From assembly GCA_963803975.1 (NCBI GenBank), contig CAWDOY010000016.1, forward strand, positions 32,001 to 96,000: a stretch of 64,000 nt of DNA, given 5' to 3'. Origin of the DNA: an uncultured delta proteobacterium (GTDB lineage Bacteria > Desulfobacterota > WTBG01 > CAIYCZ01). This document shows positions 1 to 14,084 of the stretch, piece after piece. Position 1 is the first letter of the stretch. Each line of letters starts with the position of its first letter. A program made the position numbers and the translations under genes. The notes under the pieces were generated by a model. The model worked only from the letters and a program-made list of their open reading frames with translations. It was not told where the DNA came from and ran no database searches.

Positions 1-2537
1 TCCGTATTGCCTACGATCATAATGAGGCCAGTCTCCATGCAGTCATCCGGGTGCGCATGAACGGCGAACTGATTGAGACCACCGTCGGACGAGTGCTGCT
101 GCGGGAAATTATTCCGGAAGAGATTCCGTTCAGCGTTATTAACACGGTCATGAATAAGAAGGAGCTGGCAAACCTGATTGACTACTCCTACCGGGTGTGC
201 GGCGACAAAAAGACCGTGATCCTTGCTGACCGCCTCAAGGACCTGGGCTATAAATATGCAACCCAGTCAGGGCTCTCAATTTCCATCAGGGATATGGTAA
301 TCCCCACCAAAAAAGAGCGCATGATTGAAGATACCGATCGCGAGATCCGGGACATTGGCAAGCAGTATAAAGAGGGTCTGATTACTGATGGTGAACGCTA
401 CAACAAGGTTATTGATATCTGGGCGCGGGTCACTGAAGAGGTGGCAGCGGCCATGCTCCAGGAACTGCGGGTGGAAGAGGTCAAGAACAAGGATGGCAGC
501 AAGAAAAAGGTTGAGAGCTTTAACCCCATCTATATGATGGCCGACTCCGGCTCCCGCGGCAGTGCCCAGCAGATCCGCCAGCTGGCCGGCATGCGCGGTC
601 TCATGGCCAAGCCGTCCGGGGAAATCATCGAAACACCGATAACGGCTAATTTTCGCGAGGGCCTCACGGTGCTGCAGTATTTTATTTCAACGCACGGCGC
701 GCGCAAAGGCCTTGCCGATACCGCTCTCAAGACGGCCAACTCAGGCTACCTGACACGCCGCCTGGTGGACGTGGCTCAGGACTGCACCATCATGGAGTAT
801 GACTGCAAGACCATTGACGGCATCTATATGACCTCCCTGGTGGAGGGCGGCGAAATCATCGAGCGTATCGGTGACCGCGTTTTGGGGCGGGTCAGCCTGG
901 AAGATATTATCGATCCGCAGACCGGGGAGATTATCGTTCACCGCGACCAGGAGATAAATGAGACCGCTGTGGACAAAATTAATGATACCGGTATTGATCG
1001 GGTAAAAATCCGCTCCGTGCTTACCTGCCAGTCCCGGCGCGGCGTCTGTGTCAAGTGCTACGGCCGTGACCTGGCGCGGGGAAAGATGGTAAACATCGGC
1101 GAAGCCATCGGGGTTATTGCCGCCCAGTCCATCGGCGAGCCGGGAACACAGCTCACCATGCGTACCTTTCACATCGGCGGTACGGCCAGCGGCCGTGTGG
1201 CCCAGACCACCCTGCAGGCGCTGCATGACGGAACCGTCAGTTTTATCCAGCTCAAACATGTAAAGAACCGCGATGGCGACCTGGTGGTTATGAACCGCAA
1301 CGCCCAGATTGCCATTCTGGATGAGAATGGGCGGGAGCGTGAAAAATATTCCATCATTTACGGTGCTAAGCTCAAGGTAGAGGATGGACAGCGGGTTAAG
1401 TCGAGCGATCTTATTGCTGAATGGGATCCGTTTTCCACGCCGATTTTAACCGAGGCGGCCGGCAGGGTTAAATTCGGCGACCTGATTGATGGCATGACGG
1501 TGCGTGAGCAGGTTGATGAGGTGACGGGCATGTCTACCAAGGTGGTGGTGGAGACCAAGAATCCGGACAGCAGGCCGCGCATTTCCATCAAAGATGAATC
1601 AGGTAAAACTACCAAGCTGCCAGCAGAGTCAGGGCGCTATGCCCGCTATTTCATGCCGGTAGGCGCCAACATCGTGGTCAGCGAAGGCAGCATGATGTAC
1701 CCCGGAGATGCAATGGCTAAGATTCCCCGGGAGACCACCAAGACCAAAGATATTACCGGAGGACTACCCCGCGTTGCCGAACTGTTCGAAGCCCGCAAGC
1801 CCAAAGAGGTGACGGTTATCAGTGAAATCGATGGCCTCGTGGCCTTCGGCAAAGACGTCAAAGGCAAGCGCAAGGTGATTATAACCCCGGATGCAGCGGA
1901 AACGGGCAATAAAACACTGAGCCCCAAGGAGTATTTGATCCCGCGCGGCAAGCACATCAGCGTGCATGAGGGAGACCGGGTCAGGGCCGGAGAGCCGATC
2001 ATGGACGGGCTGGCAAATCCCCATGATATTTTAAGCATTCTCGGAGAAAAAGAGCTGGCCAAATTTCTGGTTGACGAGGTGCAGGAGGTATACCGGCTGC
2101 AGGGCGTAAAAATCAATGATAAGCATATAGAGGCCATAGTGCGGCAGATGCTGCAGCGCGTGCGGATCCAGGAGGTGGGCGATTCAGATTTTCTCCTCGG
2201 GGAGCAGGTGGAGAAATACAAGTTTGAGGAAGAGAATGAAAAAATCCGCCAGCGGGGCGGGCAGGTAGCGGTTGCAGAACCGCTGCTGCTGGGCATTACC
2301 AAGGCATCCCTGAGCACCGAGAGTTTTATTTCTGCGGCATCATTCCAGGAGACGACCCGCGTGCTCACGCAGGCTGCCATCGAGGGGAAAATCGACTACC
2401 TGCGCGGTCTGAAAGAGAATGCGGCCCTGGGCCGTTTGATCCCCGCCGGCACGGGATACCCGCGCTATAGACGGATCGGGATTCAGGTCGAGAGTGAAGA
2501 GGCAATCCCGGAGCCCGGCACTGCGTCTGCAGAATGA
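1..2537 (+). CDS. rpoC: RNA polymerase beta' subunit, 5'-truncated by window
   Basis: Motifs [57 protein letters not shown]; frame open from position 3. Confidence 0.99.
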   Translation, partial: RIAYDHNEASLHAVIRVRMNGELIETTVGRVLLREIIPEEIPFSVINTVMNKKELANLIDYSYRVCGDKKTVILADRLKDLGYKYATQSGLSISIRDMVIPTKKERMIEDTDREIRDIGKQYKEGLITDGERYNKVIDIWARVTEEVAAAMLQELRVEEVKNKDGSKKKVESFNPIYMMADSGSRGSAQQIRQLAGMRGLMAKPSGEIIETPITANFREGLTVLQYFISTHGARKGLADTALKTANSGYLTRRLVDVAQDCTIMEYDCKTIDGIYMTSLVEGGEIIERIGDRVLGRVSLEDIIDPQTGEIIVHRDQEINETAVDKINDTGIDRVKIRSVLTCQSRRGVCVKCYGRDLARGKMVNIGEAIGVIAAQSIGEPGTQLTMRTFHIGGTASGRVAQTTLQALHDGTVSFIQLKHVKNRDGDLVVMNRNAQIAILDENGREREKYSIIYGAKLKVEDGQRVKSSDLIAEWDPFSTPILTEAAGRVKFGDLIDGMTVREQVDEVTGMSTKVVVETKNPDSRPRISIKDESGKTTKLPAESGRYARYFMPVGANIVVSEGSMMYPGDAMAKIPRETTKTKDITGGLPRVAELFEARKPKEVTVISEIDGLVAFGKDVKGKRKVIITPDAAETGNKTLSPKEYLIPRGKHISVHEGDRVRAGEPIMDGLANPHDILSILGEKELAKFLVDEVQEVYRLQGVKINDKHIEAIVRQMLQRVRIQEVGDSDFLLGEQVEKYKFEEENEKIRQRGGQVAVAEPLLLGITKASLSTESFISAASFQETTRVLTQAAIEGKIDYLRGLKENAALGRLIPAGTGYPRYRRIGIQVESEEAIPEPGTASAE

Positions 2538-2663
2538 AGCACCCGGGAAAAAATTACATAGAAATATCAAGAAAATTAAAATTATTAATTGACAAATAAG
2601 CATTCATTTGTTACATAATACGTTTTTTATCTAAACGTATAATAAGCCGCTAAGGAATCGTCT

Positions 2664-3035
2664 ATGCCAACTATAAACCAACTCTGTGTACACGGCCGTC
2701 AGCAGGTCAAGAAGAAGACCAAGGCGCCGGCGCTGAAGGAGTCACCGCAGAAGCGCGGCGTCTGCGTCCGCGTCTATACGACGACCCCTAAAAAACCGAA
2801 TTCAGCATTGCGCAAAGTGGCCCGTGTGCGCCTGACCAATGGCATTGAGATCACCACCTACATACCAGGCGTGGGACATAATTTACAGGAACACTCAGTG
2901 GTGCTGGTGAGAGGAGGCCGTGTTAAAGATTTGCCCGGCGTCCGCTATCATATCATCAGAGGAGCGCTTGATTCAACCGGTGTTCAGGACCGGAAAAAAA
3001 GTCGCTCCAAATACGGTACCAAAAGGCCCAAGTAG
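2664..3035 (+). CDS. rpsL: 30S ribosomal protein S12
   Basis: MPTINQL...[10 protein letters not shown]...[10 protein letters not shown]. Confidence 0.99.
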   Translation: MPTINQLCVHGRQQVKKKTKAPALKESPQKRGVCVRVYTTTPKKPNSALRKVARVRLTNGIEITTYIPGVGHNLQEHSVVLVRGGRVKDLPGVRYHIIRGALDSTGVQDRKKSRSKYGTKRPK

Positions 3036-3072
3036 CGGTCTTGTGGGTTGATTTTAATCTGGTGGAGAATGT

Positions 3073-3543
3073 ATGCCCAGACGAAGGGAAATTGCCAAGA
3101 GAGATACACTGCCCGATCCTAAGTTCCATGACAAGACGGTAAGCAGGTTCGTTAACAGGCTCATGGTGCAGGGCAAAAAGAGCACCGCACAGCAGATATT
3201 CTATGGCAGCATGGGGCTGATCGAGAAACGAGCTGAAAAGCCGCCGCTGGAAGTTTTTAAGCAGGCGCTGGAGAATGTAAAACCCGCGGTGGAAACAAAA
3301 TCACGGCGCGTGGGCGGCTCAAACTACCAGATCCCCATCGAGGTCCGGCCGGAACGCCGGGCCAGCCTCGCTATGAGCTGGCTGATCAGTTTTGCCCGCG
3401 AGCGGAGCGAAAAATCGATGCGGGAAAAGCTGGCTGCTGAGCTTATGGACGCAGCCAACAACCGCGGAAATGCAGTAAAGAAAAAGGAAGATACTCATCG
3501 GATGGCAGCAGCAAACAAAGCGTTTGCCCACTATAAGTGGTAG
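3073..3543 (+). CDS. rpsG: 30S ribosomal protein S7
   Basis: MPRR...[12 protein letters not shown]...ANKAFAHY; str operon order. Confidence 0.99.
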   Translation: MPRRREIAKRDTLPDPKFHDKTVSRFVNRLMVQGKKSTAQQIFYGSMGLIEKRAEKPPLEVFKQALENVKPAVETKSRRVGGSNYQIPIEVRPERRASLAMSWLISFARERSEKSMREKLAAELMDAANNRGNAVKKKEDTHRMAAANKAFAHYKW

Positions 3544-3580
3544 CTCAAACCAGGGCTTCTTACCCCGATAGCTTCACGTT

Positions 3581-3600
3581 GGGAGGGTAACCTCCTTTTT
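3581..3600 (+). terminator. Possible weak intrinsic terminator between rpsG and fusA
   Basis: GGGAGG-GTAA-CCTCCT hairpin running into a T tract. Confidence 0.45.
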
Positions 3601-3693
3601 CTAGTACCGCATCAACCCTTCACTATACAGTGCACAGATTACAGACAGGTTCTCTACAGCAGCAGAGATGATGGTTGAGAGCAGAGGAAGTGT

Positions 3694-5790
3694 GTGAGTC
3701 GGATAACGCCTTTAGAAAAGACCAGAAATATAGGAATCATGGCCCATATTGACGCCGGTAAAACAACCACCACCGAGCGGATACTGTACTATACCGGCGT
3801 GTCATATAAGCTGGGTGAGGTGCATGACGGCACAGCGGTCATGGACTGGATGGAGCAGGAGCAGGAGCGGGGCATTACCATAACCTCTGCGGCAACAACC
3901 TGTTTTTGGAATGATCACCGCATCAATGTTATTGATACGCCCGGCCATGTGGATTTTACCATCGAGGTAGAGCGGTCCCTGCGGGTTCTTGACGGAGCCA
4001 TAGCAGTGTTCTGCGCGGTTGCCGGGGTTGAGCCTCAATCTGAAACCGTGTGGCGTCAGGCCGACCGCTACGGCGTGCCGCGCATCGCGTTTATTAATAA
4101 AATGGACCGGACCGGGGCTGATTTTTTCAGAGTGGTGGAAATGATTGAAAACCGGCTTGCCGTCAAACCGCTGGTGCTGCAGCTCCCTCTGGGAAAAGAG
4201 GAGCAGTTCCGGGGAGTCATAGACTTGATCGAGATGGAAGCAGTGGTGTTTGACGAGGACGACTTGGGAAGTTCCTTTCACACGGAAGCGATTCCAGCGG
4301 AATTTATGGAGGCAGCACGGGAGTACCGGGATAAGATAGTGGAGTTTGCCGCTGACGTCGAGGAGCGGCTCATGGAAAAATACCTTGAGGGGGCGCCCGT
4401 CTCCAAGGACGAGCTGTATGCAGCGTTGCGAAAAGCAACGGTTACCTTTCAGGCAGTGCCGGTGTTGTGCGGTTCAGCGTTTAAAAACAAGGGGGTTCAG
4501 CCGCTGCTTGACGCGGTGATAAATTTTCTGCCGTCACCCCTTGATGTGCTGCCGGTAAAGGGCCTGCTGCCGTCAGGTGAGGAAGGCTATCGCAATGCTG
4601 ATGACCGGGAGCCGTTTTCCGCCCTGTGCTTTAAGATCATGACCGATCCCTTTGTCGGCCATCTCACCTTCTGCAGGGTCTATTCAGGATCGCTGAAAAA
4701 GGGCGGCTACGTATTTAATACAACCAAAGAGAAGCGGGAGCGGGTTTCCCATATTCTTAAAATGCATGCCAACAAGCGGGAAGAGGTTGACGAGACGCTT
4801 ACCGGCGATATCGTGGCGCTCACCATAAAGAACACCCAGACCGGGGACACGCTGTGCGATCAGGACCACCCGATAGTGCTGGAGAAAATGGAATTTCCCG
4901 CGACCGTTATATCAATTGCCGTTGAAACAAAAAGCCAGGCTGACCAGGGAAAGCTCATTGAAGCATTGCAGAAGATTGCCCTTGAAGACCCGTCATTTCG
5001 GGTGCACACGGATTCCGAAACCGGGCAGACGATCATTTCCGGCATGGGGGAGCTGCACCTGGAGATCATTGTGGACCGTATGCTGCGGGAATTTAAGGTG
5101 GCAGCACAGGTAGGGAAAACCCAGGTAGCCTATAGATCTACGGTAACCAAAGCCACCAGCGGAGAGGGCAAATTTGTCCGGCAGTCAGGGGGCCGAGGTC
5201 AATACGGCCATGTGCTGCTTGAGCTTGAGCCGCTGGGGCGGGGTGCCGGCGTGGAGTTTGTGGATAAGACCGTCGGGGGCAGCATTCCCCGGGAATATTT
5301 GTCGGCGATCGAAAAGGGAATCTATGAAGCAGCAGAAACCGGCATCTGGGGGGGCATTCCGCTCATCGACCTGCAGGTGAAGGTGGTGGACGGCTCCTAT
5401 CATGAAGTTGATTCCTCAGAGCGGGCTTTTAAAATTGCTGCTTCAATGGGCTTTAAAGATGCGGTGCAGCGAGCCAAGCCGGTGGTGCTGGAGCCGATCA
5501 TGAAAACAGAAATCGTCGTGCCCGAAGAGTACATGGGCGATGTCCTGGGCGATGTATCCTCCCGCCGCGGAAAAATTATCGGCATGGAAAACCGCAAGAG
5601 CATCGTGGCGATAGAAGCCCATGTGCCGCTGGCCGAGATGTTCGGTTATGCCACGGATATTCGCTCGATGACCCAGGGAAGGGCCACCTATACCATGCAG
5701 TTTCTGCACTATGAGCCTCTCGCTGCTGGCCTGGCTCAGGAAATAATGGCAAAAGATGCCAAATATCAGCTGCAGGGTGTTGGCGAGTAA
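3694..5790 (+). CDS. fusA: Elongation factor G
   Basis: [27 protein letters not shown]; 698 aa. Confidence 0.99.
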   Translation: MSRITPLEKTRNIGIMAHIDAGKTTTTERILYYTGVSYKLGEVHDGTAVMDWMEQEQERGITITSAATTCFWNDHRINVIDTPGHVDFTIEVERSLRVLDGAIAVFCAVAGVEPQSETVWRQADRYGVPRIAFINKMDRTGADFFRVVEMIENRLAVKPLVLQLPLGKEEQFRGVIDLIEMEAVVFDEDDLGSSFHTEAIPAEFMEAAREYRDKIVEFAADVEERLMEKYLEGAPVSKDELYAALRKATVTFQAVPVLCGSAFKNKGVQPLLDAVINFLPSPLDVLPVKGLLPSGEEGYRNADDREPFSALCFKIMTDPFVGHLTFCRVYSGSLKKGGYVFNTTKEKRERVSHILKMHANKREEVDETLTGDIVALTIKNTQTGDTLCDQDHPIVLEKMEFPATVISIAVETKSQADQGKLIEALQKIALEDPSFRVHTDSETGQTIISGMGELHLEIIVDRMLREFKVAAQVGKTQVAYRSTVTKATSGEGKFVRQSGGRGQYGHVLLELEPLGRGAGVEFVDKTVGGSIPREYLSAIEKGIYEAAETGIWGGIPLIDLQVKVVDGSYHEVDSSERAFKIAASMGFKDAVQRAKPVVLEPIMKTEIVVPEEYMGDVLGDVSSRRGKIIGMENRKSIVAIEAHVPLAEMFGYATDIRSMTQGRATYTMQFLHYEPLAAGLAQEIMAKDAKYQLQGVGE

Positions 5791-5823
5791 CAGTTCTGTT
5801 CCATATAATTAAAGGAGGCAGCG

Positions 5824-7023
<1,200 letters not shown>

Positions 7024-7030
7024 ATGAGGC

Positions 7031-7366
7031 ATGGTAATGAAAAAGGTTGAGGAAGTAACAGAAACACAAAAGATTCGCATTCGCCTCAAAGCCTACGACC
7101 ACCGGCTGCTGGACCAGTCAGCGGCAGAGATCGTGGATACGGCAAAGCGGACCGGAGCGAAAGTGGTTGGCCCGATCCCGCTGCCAACCAGTATCAATAA
7201 GTTCTGTGTGCTGCGCTCTCCTCATGTGGATAAAAAATCGCGCGAGCAGTTTGAAATCAGAACCCATAAGCGACTCATGGATATACTTGAGCCCACCCAG
7301 CAGACCATTGATGCCCTGATGAAACTGGATCTTTCAGCAGGTGTGGATGTGGAAATAAAGCTGTAA
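7031..7366 (+). CDS. rpsJ: 30S ribosomal protein S10
   Basis: [14 protein letters not shown]...[13 protein letters not shown]. Confidence 0.98.
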   Translation: MVMKKVEEVTETQKIRIRLKAYDHRLLDQSAAEIVDTAKRTGAKVVGPIPLPTSINKFCVLRSPHVDKKSREQFEIRTHKRLMDILEPTQQTIDALMKLDLSAGVDVEIKL

Positions 7367-7426
7367 CGCCTGCTGCTTGCAGGCATTGACGGCTCAAGCT
7401 ACTAGACCATTGATGGAGAAGGACAC

Positions 7427-8056
7427 GTGGTACTCGGATTAATAGGAAAAAAGTTAGGCATAACACAAATATTTTCCCCGGACGGGCAGATGGTTCCGAT
7501 AACGCTCATCCAGGCCGGGCCCTGCTGTGTGGTGCAGAAGAAAACCCCTGAGAAAGACGGGTACAGCGCCCTGCAGATCGGCTTTGGCGATAAAAAGCTG
7601 AAAAAAACTGCAAAGCCCATCCTGGGCCATTGCAAGGCAGCGGGCGGCAGAGCCTTTGCGGTGCTGCAGGAACTGCGCATTGATGACACCGATGCCTATC
7701 AGGTCGGCCAGGATATAACCCTGTCAATATTTAAGGTCGGGGACAAGGTGAAAGTCTCCGGCATCAGCAAGGGCAAGGGGTTTGCCGGCGTCATGAAACG
7801 GTGGAACTTTAAGGGCGGCCAGGCTACCCATGGGTCAATGTTTCACCGGGCGCCGGGCTCCATCGGAGCAAGCGCCGATCCGTCACGGGTGCTGAAAGGG
7901 ATGCGGGGGCCCGGGCACATGGGGTCACAGAAGGTCACCATGAAAAATCTTGAAATTATAGAGATACGGGAAAAGGAGAATCTGCTCCTGCTCAAAGGCT
8001 CAGTGCCAGGAGCACGCAACAGCATCGTAACGCTCTATCAGCAGAAGACAGTCTGA
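7427..8056 (+). CDS. rplC: 50S ribosomal protein L3
   Basis: [20 protein letters not shown]. Confidence 0.98.
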   Translation: MVLGLIGKKLGITQIFSPDGQMVPITLIQAGPCCVVQKKTPEKDGYSALQIGFGDKKLKKTAKPILGHCKAAGGRAFAVLQELRIDDTDAYQVGQDITLSIFKVGDKVKVSGISKGKGFAGVMKRWNFKGGQATHGSMFHRAPGSIGASADPSRVLKGMRGPGHMGSQKVTMKNLEIIEIREKENLLLLKGSVPGARNSIVTLYQQKTV

Positions 8057-8117
8057 CCGGGCGGGGCCTGGTGAGACCAGCGTCGTGCGGTCAACGATAA
8101 CGTAAAGCGGGTGAGAA

Positions 8118-8738
8118 ATGACAGCAGTAGATGTATTTGATACCAGCCGGAATAAAATATCACAGATCGATGTGAGCGATACGGTGTTTAAGGCACCGCT
8201 CAGGAAGCAGCTCTTCTACGATGTGGTGCTTTCGCAGCTGGCCAAGAGAAGAAGCGGCACGGCAGCCACCAAAAACAGAACCGCGGTGAGCGGTGGCGGT
8301 AAAAAGCCCTGGAAGCAGAAGGGGACCGGCCGCGCGCGCGCCGGCTCTTCGCGTTCACCGCTGTGGCGCGGCGGCGGCATTGTGTTTGGTCCTACGCCCC
8401 GCTCCTATGAAATCGCGGTGCCTAAAAAAGTTCGCAAGCTGGCGCTGTGCTCAGCGCTGAGCATGAAACTTAAAGAAAATAAAATGCTCATCATCGACAA
8501 GCTGGAGTTCCCGGTAATTAAAACCAAAGCAGTGGTTTCGATCCTGAAGCAGTTAGGGCTCAGCAATGTGCTCATCATTGAGCAGGAAAACCTGAACCTG
8601 GAGATGAGCGCCCGGAATGTGCCGCATGTTAAAGTGCTGCGACCGGAAGGTCTTAACGTCTATGATGTGCTGAAGTATGAACACATCGTTATTACGCAAC
8701 CCTGCGTGGAGAAACTTCAGGGGAGGCTTGCTGTATGA
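8118..8738 (+). CDS. rplD: 50S ribosomal protein L4
   Basis: [15 protein letters not shown]. Confidence 0.98.
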   Translation: MTAVDVFDTSRNKISQIDVSDTVFKAPLRKQLFYDVVLSQLAKRRSGTAATKNRTAVSGGGKKPWKQKGTGRARAGSSRSPLWRGGGIVFGPTPRSYEIAVPKKVRKLALCSALSMKLKENKMLIIDKLEFPVIKTKAVVSILKQLGLSNVLIIEQENLNLEMSARNVPHVKVLRPEGLNVYDVLKYEHIVITQPCVEKLQGRLAV

Positions 8739-9025
8739 AAGAGCTGCATCAGATTATCCGCCGCCCGCTGGTAACGGAAAAAAGCACGGTCCAGAAAGAA
8801 AGTGCTCATCAGGTAAGCTTTGAGGTTGACCGGAGGGCAAATAAAGTTGAAATTCGCACTGCCGTTGAGAAACTTTTTAAAGTAAAGGTCTTAAGCGTCA
8901 ATACCATTAACCTGGAAGGAAAGCATAAGCGCCTCGGGCGCACCATCGGCAAGAAGTCTGACTGGAAGAAAGCGATCGTTACCCTGAAGGAAGGTGAATC
9001 GATCGACTTCTTTGAGGGAGTGTAA
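8735..9025 (+). CDS. rplW: 50S ribosomal protein L23
   Basis: PLVTEKS...WKKAIVTL; operon order. Confidence 0.98.
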   Translation: MKELHQIIRRPLVTEKSTVQKESAHQVSFEVDRRANKVEIRTAVEKLFKVKVLSVNTINLEGKHKRLGRTIGKKSDWKKAIVTLKEGESIDFFEGV

Positions 9026-9087
9026 CCAAAAGCAGCGCAGCCCTTGCAATCTGCCTGCTGCATATTCTGGCAAACGGAGCATAGACT

Positions 9088-9915
9088 ATGGCGGTCAAGT
9101 CTTTTAAACCAACATCACCGGGAAGGCGTTTTCAGACGGTATCCAGCTTCGAAGAGATTACCACTGATAAACCGGAAAAAAGCCTTCTGCTGCCCCTGAA
9201 AAGGTCCGGTGGGAGAAATTGTTACGGCAGAGTAACCGCCCGCTACATTGGCGGCGGCCACAAAAAGATGTACCGCATTATTGACTTGAAGCGGGATAAA
9301 CGGGATATACCGGCAACGGTTGCCACCATTGAATATGACCCGAACCGGTCGAGCCGGATAGCGCTCCTCAACTATAAAGACGGGGAAAAAAGATATATTC
9401 TGGCGCCCAAGGATCTTGCGGTGGGCGATGTGGTTATGGCCGGGGAAGAGGCCGAGTTTCGGACGGGGAACGCGCTTCCCATACGGCGGATTCCCATTGG
9501 CACGCTCATTCACAATGTGGAACTGAAGCAGGGAAAAGGCGGACAGATTGTGCGCAGCGCCGGCTCTTTTGCTCAAATCATGGCAAAAGAAGGCAGCTAT
9601 GCGCAACTCAGACTGCCGTCAGGTGAAGTACGGCTGGTGCATCAGGAGTGCTATGCAACCATCGGTCAGGTGGGAAACCTCGATCATGAAAAGATTTCCA
9701 TCGGCAAAGCAGGCCGCAACCGCTGGCTGGGCAAGAAGCCGCGGGTGCGCGGCGTTGCCATGAACCCGGTTGATCATCCCATGGGAGGCGGTGAAGGCCG
9801 CTCTTCAGGCGGACGTCATCCCTGTACGCCGTGGGGTGTTCCAACCAAAGGATATAAGACCCGCAAGAACAAACGCACTGACCAGTATGTTATAAAGAAA
9901 AGGGGCAAAAAATAA
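9088..9915 (+). CDS. rplB: 50S ribosomal protein L2
   Basis: [25 protein letters not shown]. Confidence 0.99.
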   Translation: MAVKSFKPTSPGRRFQTVSSFEEITTDKPEKSLLLPLKRSGGRNCYGRVTARYIGGGHKKMYRIIDLKRDKRDIPATVATIEYDPNRSSRIALLNYKDGEKRYILAPKDLAVGDVVMAGEEAEFRTGNALPIRRIPIGTLIHNVELKQGKGGQIVRSAGSFAQIMAKEGSYAQLRLPSGEVRLVHQECYATIGQVGNLDHEKISIGKAGRNRWLGKKPRVRGVAMNPVDHPMGGGEGRSSGGRHPCTPWGVPTKGYKTRKNKRTDQYVIKKRGKK

Positions 9916-10205
9916 TGCCACGCTCACTTAAAAAAGGGCCTTTCATCGACGAAAGTGTGTCGCGCAAGGTACAGAAGGCCATCGAGACAAACGACAAAAA
10001 GGTGATCAAGACCTGGTCGCGCCGTTCAACCATAATCCCCGATATGGTGGGAATGACCTTTGCCGTGCACAACGGGAAAAAGTTTATCCCGGTGTTTGTG
10101 ACGGAAAACATGGTCGGGCACAAGCTGGGAGAATTTTCCCCGACCAGGATCTTCCATGGCCACTCCGGAGACCGCAAGGCGCAGAAGAAGGAAAAACAGG
10201 CATAA
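9915..10205 (+). CDS. rpsS: 30S ribosomal protein S19
   Basis: [19 protein letters not shown]. Confidence 0.99.
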   Translation: MPRSLKKGPFIDESVSRKVQKAIETNDKKVIKTWSRRSTIIPDMVGMTFAVHNGKKFIPVFVTENMVGHKLGEFSPTRIFHGHSGDRKAQKKEKQA

Positions 10206-10236
10206 CAAGGGTACATACAGAGGGAAGCAGACCCAT

Positions 10237-10569
10237 ATGGAAGTGAATGCTATTGCAAAATATATCCGCGTTTCACCGCAAAAAGCGCGGCTGGTTGCCA
10301 ACCTGATAAAGGGCAAAAAGGTGAGCGACGCTTTGAGTGTGCTGGATTTTACGTCCAAGGCCTCATGCCCGTATATTTCCAAGCTCATCCATTCTGCAGT
10401 GGCCAGTGCGGAAAAGAGGGAAGGGATCGACATTGACACGCTGGTCGTGAAGAACATCTATGTGAATGCGGGGCCCATGCTCAAGCGCTTCAGACCTGCG
10501 TCCATGGGCAGAGGCGTGCGCATCCGCAGACGCAGCAGCCATATAACCGTCATTCTTGATGAAGCATAA
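10237..10569 (+). CDS. rplV: 50S ribosomal protein L22
   Basis: RVSPQKARLV...SHITV; start moved to ATG 10237. Confidence 0.97.
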   Translation: MEVNAIAKYIRVSPQKARLVANLIKGKKVSDALSVLDFTSKASCPYISKLIHSAVASAEKREGIDIDTLVVKNIYVNAGPMLKRFRPASMGRGVRIRRRSSHITVILDEA

Positions 10570-10588
10570 ATAAACAGGAGGTACAGCC

Positions 10589-11242
10589 GTGGGTCAAAAA
10601 ACTCATCCCACAGGATTTCGACTGGGAATAATAAAAACCTGGAGTTCCCGGTGGTATGCAGAAAAAGATTTCAGCCGGTATCTGCATGAAGATCTGCGCA
10701 TACGAAAGTACATCAAGGCAAAACTCTATCATGCGGGTATTGCACGCATTGACATAGAACGGGCGGCTAACAAGAGCAGGATTAATATTTTCACCGCCCG
10801 GCCCGGCATCATCATCGGCAAAAAAGGCTCGGAAATAGAGAAGCTGAAGGGCGAGCTGCAGCGGATGACGGATAAGGAAGTGTATATCAATATTTCCGAA
10901 GTCCAGCGGCCCGAAACCGACTCGCAGCTGATTGCAGAAAACGTCTGCATGCAGCTGGAGCGACGCGTTGCGTTCCGGCGGGCCATGAAGAAGGCGGTTA
11001 CCTCGACACTAAAGTGCGGAGCGCTGGGGATCAAAATTACCTGTGCCGGCCGCCTGGGCGGCGCTGAGATGGCGCGGACCGAATGGTACCGCGAAGGCCG
11101 GGTGCCCCTGCATACGCTGCGGGCGGATATTGATTACGGTTTTGCCGAAGCCAAAACCACCTATGGTATTATCGGCGTCAAGGTCTGGGTTTTTCACGGA
11201 GAAACGTTAACCAGAGGAAAGGGTGCACATGTTAGCGCCTAA
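10589..11242 (+). CDS. rpsC: 30S ribosomal protein S3
   Basis: [26 protein letters not shown]. Confidence 0.99.
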   Translation: MGQKTHPTGFRLGIIKTWSSRWYAEKDFSRYLHEDLRIRKYIKAKLYHAGIARIDIERAANKSRINIFTARPGIIIGKKGSEIEKLKGELQRMTDKEVYINISEVQRPETDSQLIAENVCMQLERRVAFRRAMKKAVTSTLKCGALGIKITCAGRLGGAEMARTEWYREGRVPLHTLRADIDYGFAEAKTTYGIIGVKVWVFHGETLTRGKGAHVSA

Positions 11243-11642
11243 AAAGATCAAGTACCGGAAACGGCAGAAGGGGAGAACCAGGGGGGCGGCCTACCGCGGC
11301 AGCGACTTGAGCTTCGGTGATTATGGACTGAAAGCACTGGCCTGCGGGTGGCTGACATCGCGTCAGATAGAGGCGGGCAGAGTGGCGCTCATGCGCCATA
11401 TTAAACGCGGAGGAAAGCTGTGGATCAGGATCTTCCCGGATAAGCCGGTCACTAAAAAGCCGGCTGAAACCAGAATGGGAAAAGGTAAAGGCGCCCCGGA
11501 GGACTGGGTTGCGGTCATAAAGCCGGGCCGGATTCTGTATGAAATGGAAGGGGTCCCGGAAACGATAGCGCGCGAAGCTTTTCGCCTGGCATCACATAAG
11601 CTGCCGCTTGAAACGAAATTCATTACCCGGGAGGCGCTGTGA
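11229..11642 (+). CDS. rplP: 50S ribosomal protein L16
   Basis: MLAPKK...[10 protein letters not shown] 11229. Confidence 0.98.
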   Translation: MLAPKKIKYRKRQKGRTRGAAYRGSDLSFGDYGLKALACGWLTSRQIEAGRVALMRHIKRGGKLWIRIFPDKPVTKKPAETRMGKGKGAPEDWVAVIKPGRILYEMEGVPETIAREAFRLASHKLPLETKFITREAL

Positions 11643-11836
11643 AAGCAAAAGAATTGCGTGAGCTGAATGTTGATGAGCTCAGACAGAAAGAAAAAGATTT
11701 TGCCGGCGAACTGTTTAACTTGAAGTTTCAGCTGGCAACCAATCAGCTCTCCAATACCATGAAAGTAGTCCAGGTAAAACGGGACATTGCCCGCGTTAAA
11801 ACAATGATCCGTGAAAAAGAACTTCACCGTCAGTAA
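11639..11836 (+). CDS. rpmC: 50S ribosomal protein L29
   Basis: ELFNLKFQ...KRDIARVKT. Confidence 0.97.
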   Translation: MKAKELRELNVDELRQKEKDFAGELFNLKFQLATNQLSNTMKVVQVKRDIARVKTMIREKELHRQ

Positions 11837-11857
11837 GGGGTTAAAAGGAAACGGTAT

Positions 11858-12109
11858 ATGAGAGGACTCAGTAAGACACGCACCGGAGTGATCGTGAGCA
11901 ATAAAATGGACAAAACGGTTGTGGTTGCCACTGTCCGTATCACCAAGCACTCCCTGTATAAAAAGTATATTAAAAAGCGGGTTCGCTTTAAAGCCCACGA
12001 TCAGGGCAATACCTGCCAGATCGGCGATACCGTATTAATCAAGGAATGCCGTCCGCTCAGTAAAGATAAACGGTGGAAGGTTGTCGAAATTGTCAAACGA
12101 GCAGTGTAG
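11858..12109 (+). CDS. rpsQ: 30S ribosomal protein S17
   Basis: [11 protein letters not shown]...RPLSKDKRW. Confidence 0.98.
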   Translation: MRGLSKTRTGVIVSNKMDKTVVVATVRITKHSLYKKYIKKRVRFKAHDQGNTCQIGDTVLIKECRPLSKDKRWKVVEIVKRAV

Positions 12110-12154
12110 GGTGTCAGCAATACCGGAGACCCGTATTCCTATGGAGATGCAGAG

Positions 12155-12523
12155 ATGATCCAGATGCAGACAACGCTGGTTGCAGCTGATAACTCTGGAG
12201 CAAAAAAGCTGCAGTGTATAAAGGTGCTGGGAGGCTCCCGGCGGCGCTATGCCACCCTGGGGGACGTGATTGTGGTGTCCATTAAAGAATCCATTCCCAA
12301 TGCGAAAGTTAAAAAGGGAGAGGTGATGAAAGCGGTTATTGTGCGTACCGCCAAGGAGGTGCGCAGGCCGGATGGCTCCTACATCAGATTTGATGATAAC
12401 TCCGCAGTACTGATTAATAACGCGAATGAGCCGATTGGCACCAGAATTTTTGGCCCGGTAGCGCGAGAGCTGCGGGCTAAAAACTTCATGAAAATAATAT
12501 CGCTGGCTCCGGAAGTGCTGTAG
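12155..12523 (+). CDS. rplN: 50S ribosomal protein L14
   Basis: ADNSGAK...[12 protein letters not shown]...LAPEVL. Confidence 0.99.
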   Translation: MIQMQTTLVAADNSGAKKLQCIKVLGGSRRRYATLGDVIVVSIKESIPNAKVKKGEVMKAVIVRTAKEVRRPDGSYIRFDDNSAVLINNANEPIGTRIFGPVARELRAKNFMKIISLAPEVL

Positions 12524-12556
12524 GAGCCGGCACCGTCAGTGTGCAGGAGAATGAGC

Positions 12557-12886
12557 ATGGAGCGCTCCAAGTTTCATGTTAAAAAAGGTGATACGGTTAA
12601 GGTATCAGCCGGAAAAGAGAAAGGCAAGACGGGAAAAATCCTCAAGGTCAATCATAAAAAGGACACCGTCATTGTCGAAAAAATAAATTTCATCAAGCGG
12701 CATGCGCGTCCGGGAGGAAAGACCCGGCAGGGCGGCATTATCGAGCGGGAAGGCCCGCTCAATGTGACCAATGTCAATATTGTGTGCCCCCGCTGCAATG
12801 ATGCAGTGCGTATCAAGAAAATCGTTCTTGAAGACAAAAAGACCGCGCGGGCATGCACTGCCTGCGGTGAGATCTTAGATCGATAA
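12557..12886 (+). CDS. rplX: 50S ribosomal protein L24
   Basis: KOW motif [16 protein letters not shown]; start 12551 or 12557; C-terminal CPRC/CTAC. Confidence 0.96.
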   Translation: MERSKFHVKKGDTVKVSAGKEKGKTGKILKVNHKKDTVIVEKINFIKRHARPGGKTRQGGIIEREGPLNVTNVNIVCPRCNDAVRIKKIVLEDKKTARACTACGEILDR

Positions 12887-12897
12887 GAGAGGTGTGG

Positions 12898-13437
12898 ATG
12901 GCTCGGCTTAAGACGCTCTATAAGGACAAAGTTGTTCCGGCCCTGATGAAGGAGTTCAGCTACAAGAATGTAATGCAGGTTCCCAAGCTGGACAAGATAG
13001 TTATCAACATGGGGCTGGGAGAGGCGATTCAGAATGCAAAGGTTTTAGATTCAGCGCAGGCTGAGATGACTGCCATTGCCGGGCAGAAGCCGGTTGTTAC
13101 CCGGGCAAAAAAATCGATTGCGAATTTTAAGCTCCGGGAGGGGATGCCCATCGGCTGCAAGGTAACGCTGCGCGGCGACCGGATGTATGAGTTCTTTGAC
13201 CGCCTGGTGAACATTGCGCTGGCCCGGATCAGGGATTTTCGCGGCGTATCCGGCAAATCATTTGACGGCAGAGGAACCTATGCGCTGGGTATCCGCGAGC
13301 AGATTATTTTCCCCGAGATCGACTATGACAAGATTGATAAAATCAGGGGCATGAGTATTGTGGTTTCGACAACGGCAAAAACTGATGAAGAGGGTAAAGC
13401 CCTCCTGAAGATGATGGGAATGCCATTCAGGGATTAG
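12898..13437 (+). CDS. rplE: 50S ribosomal protein L5
   Basis: [24 protein letters not shown]. Confidence 0.98.
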   Translation: MARLKTLYKDKVVPALMKEFSYKNVMQVPKLDKIVINMGLGEAIQNAKVLDSAQAEMTAIAGQKPVVTRAKKSIANFKLREGMPIGCKVTLRGDRMYEFFDRLVNIALARIRDFRGVSGKSFDGRGTYALGIREQIIFPEIDYDKIDKIRGMSIVVSTTAKTDEEGKALLKMMGMPFRD

Positions 13438-13461
13438 TCTATTTCAGCAAGGAGAAGCCTC

Positions 13462-13647
13462 GTGGCCAAGAAATCATTAATTGCCAAGGCAAAACGGCCT
13501 AATAAATTTAAAGTACGAAACTACCTGCGCTGTCCGCTGTGCGGTCGCCCCCGGGCATATATACGGAAATTTGACATGTGCAGGATCTGCTTCCGGAACT
13601 TAGCCCTCAAGGGAGAAATACCCGGGGTCATAAAATCAAGCTGGTAA
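13462..13647 (+). CDS. rpsN: 30S ribosomal protein S14 (zinc type)
   Basis: 61 aa, CPLC...CRIC. Confidence 0.98.
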   Translation: MAKKSLIAKAKRPNKFKVRNYLRCPLCGRPRAYIRKFDMCRICFRNLALKGEIPGVIKSSW

Positions 13648-13677
13648 CAGGAATCATACGATAAGGGGATAGCAACC

Positions 13678-14073
13678 ATGATGACCGATCCAATTGCCGA
13701 CATGCTGACGCGGATCAGAAACGGCTATAAAGCACGCTTTGAAAAGGTGGATATGCCATCTTCCCGGATGAAGGTGAGCATTCTCCAGGCGCTCAAGAAT
13801 GAAGGCTATATTAAAAATTATAAGGTGCTGACTGAGGGACATAAATCGCTGCTGCAGGTCTATTTGAAATATGATGCACGCAAACAGCCGGCGGTGTCAG
13901 ATCTGCGCCGCCTGTCAAAACCGGGCCGGCGCGTCTATGTCGCTAAAGATGAAATTCCCCCGATAAAAAGCGGGCTGGGGCTGGCTATCCTGTCAACCTC
14001 AAAAGGAATTGTAACTGACAAGCAAGCACGCAAAGAAGGTATCGGGGGCGAGCTTATCTGCTCCTGCTGTTAG
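13678..14073 (+). CDS. rpsH: 30S ribosomal protein S8
   Basis: [26 protein letters not shown]. Confidence 0.98.
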   Translation: MMTDPIADMLTRIRNGYKARFEKVDMPSSRMKVSILQALKNEGYIKNYKVLTEGHKSLLQVYLKYDARKQPAVSDLRRLSKPGRRVYVAKDEIPPIKSGLGLAILSTSKGIVTDKQARKEGIGGELICSCC

Positions 14074-14084
14074 AGGAAATAACC

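Noticed and set aside
5780..5809. TTGGCG-18-TATAAT promoter before tuf
   Set aside because: The predicted start would fall inside the RBS; weak -35.
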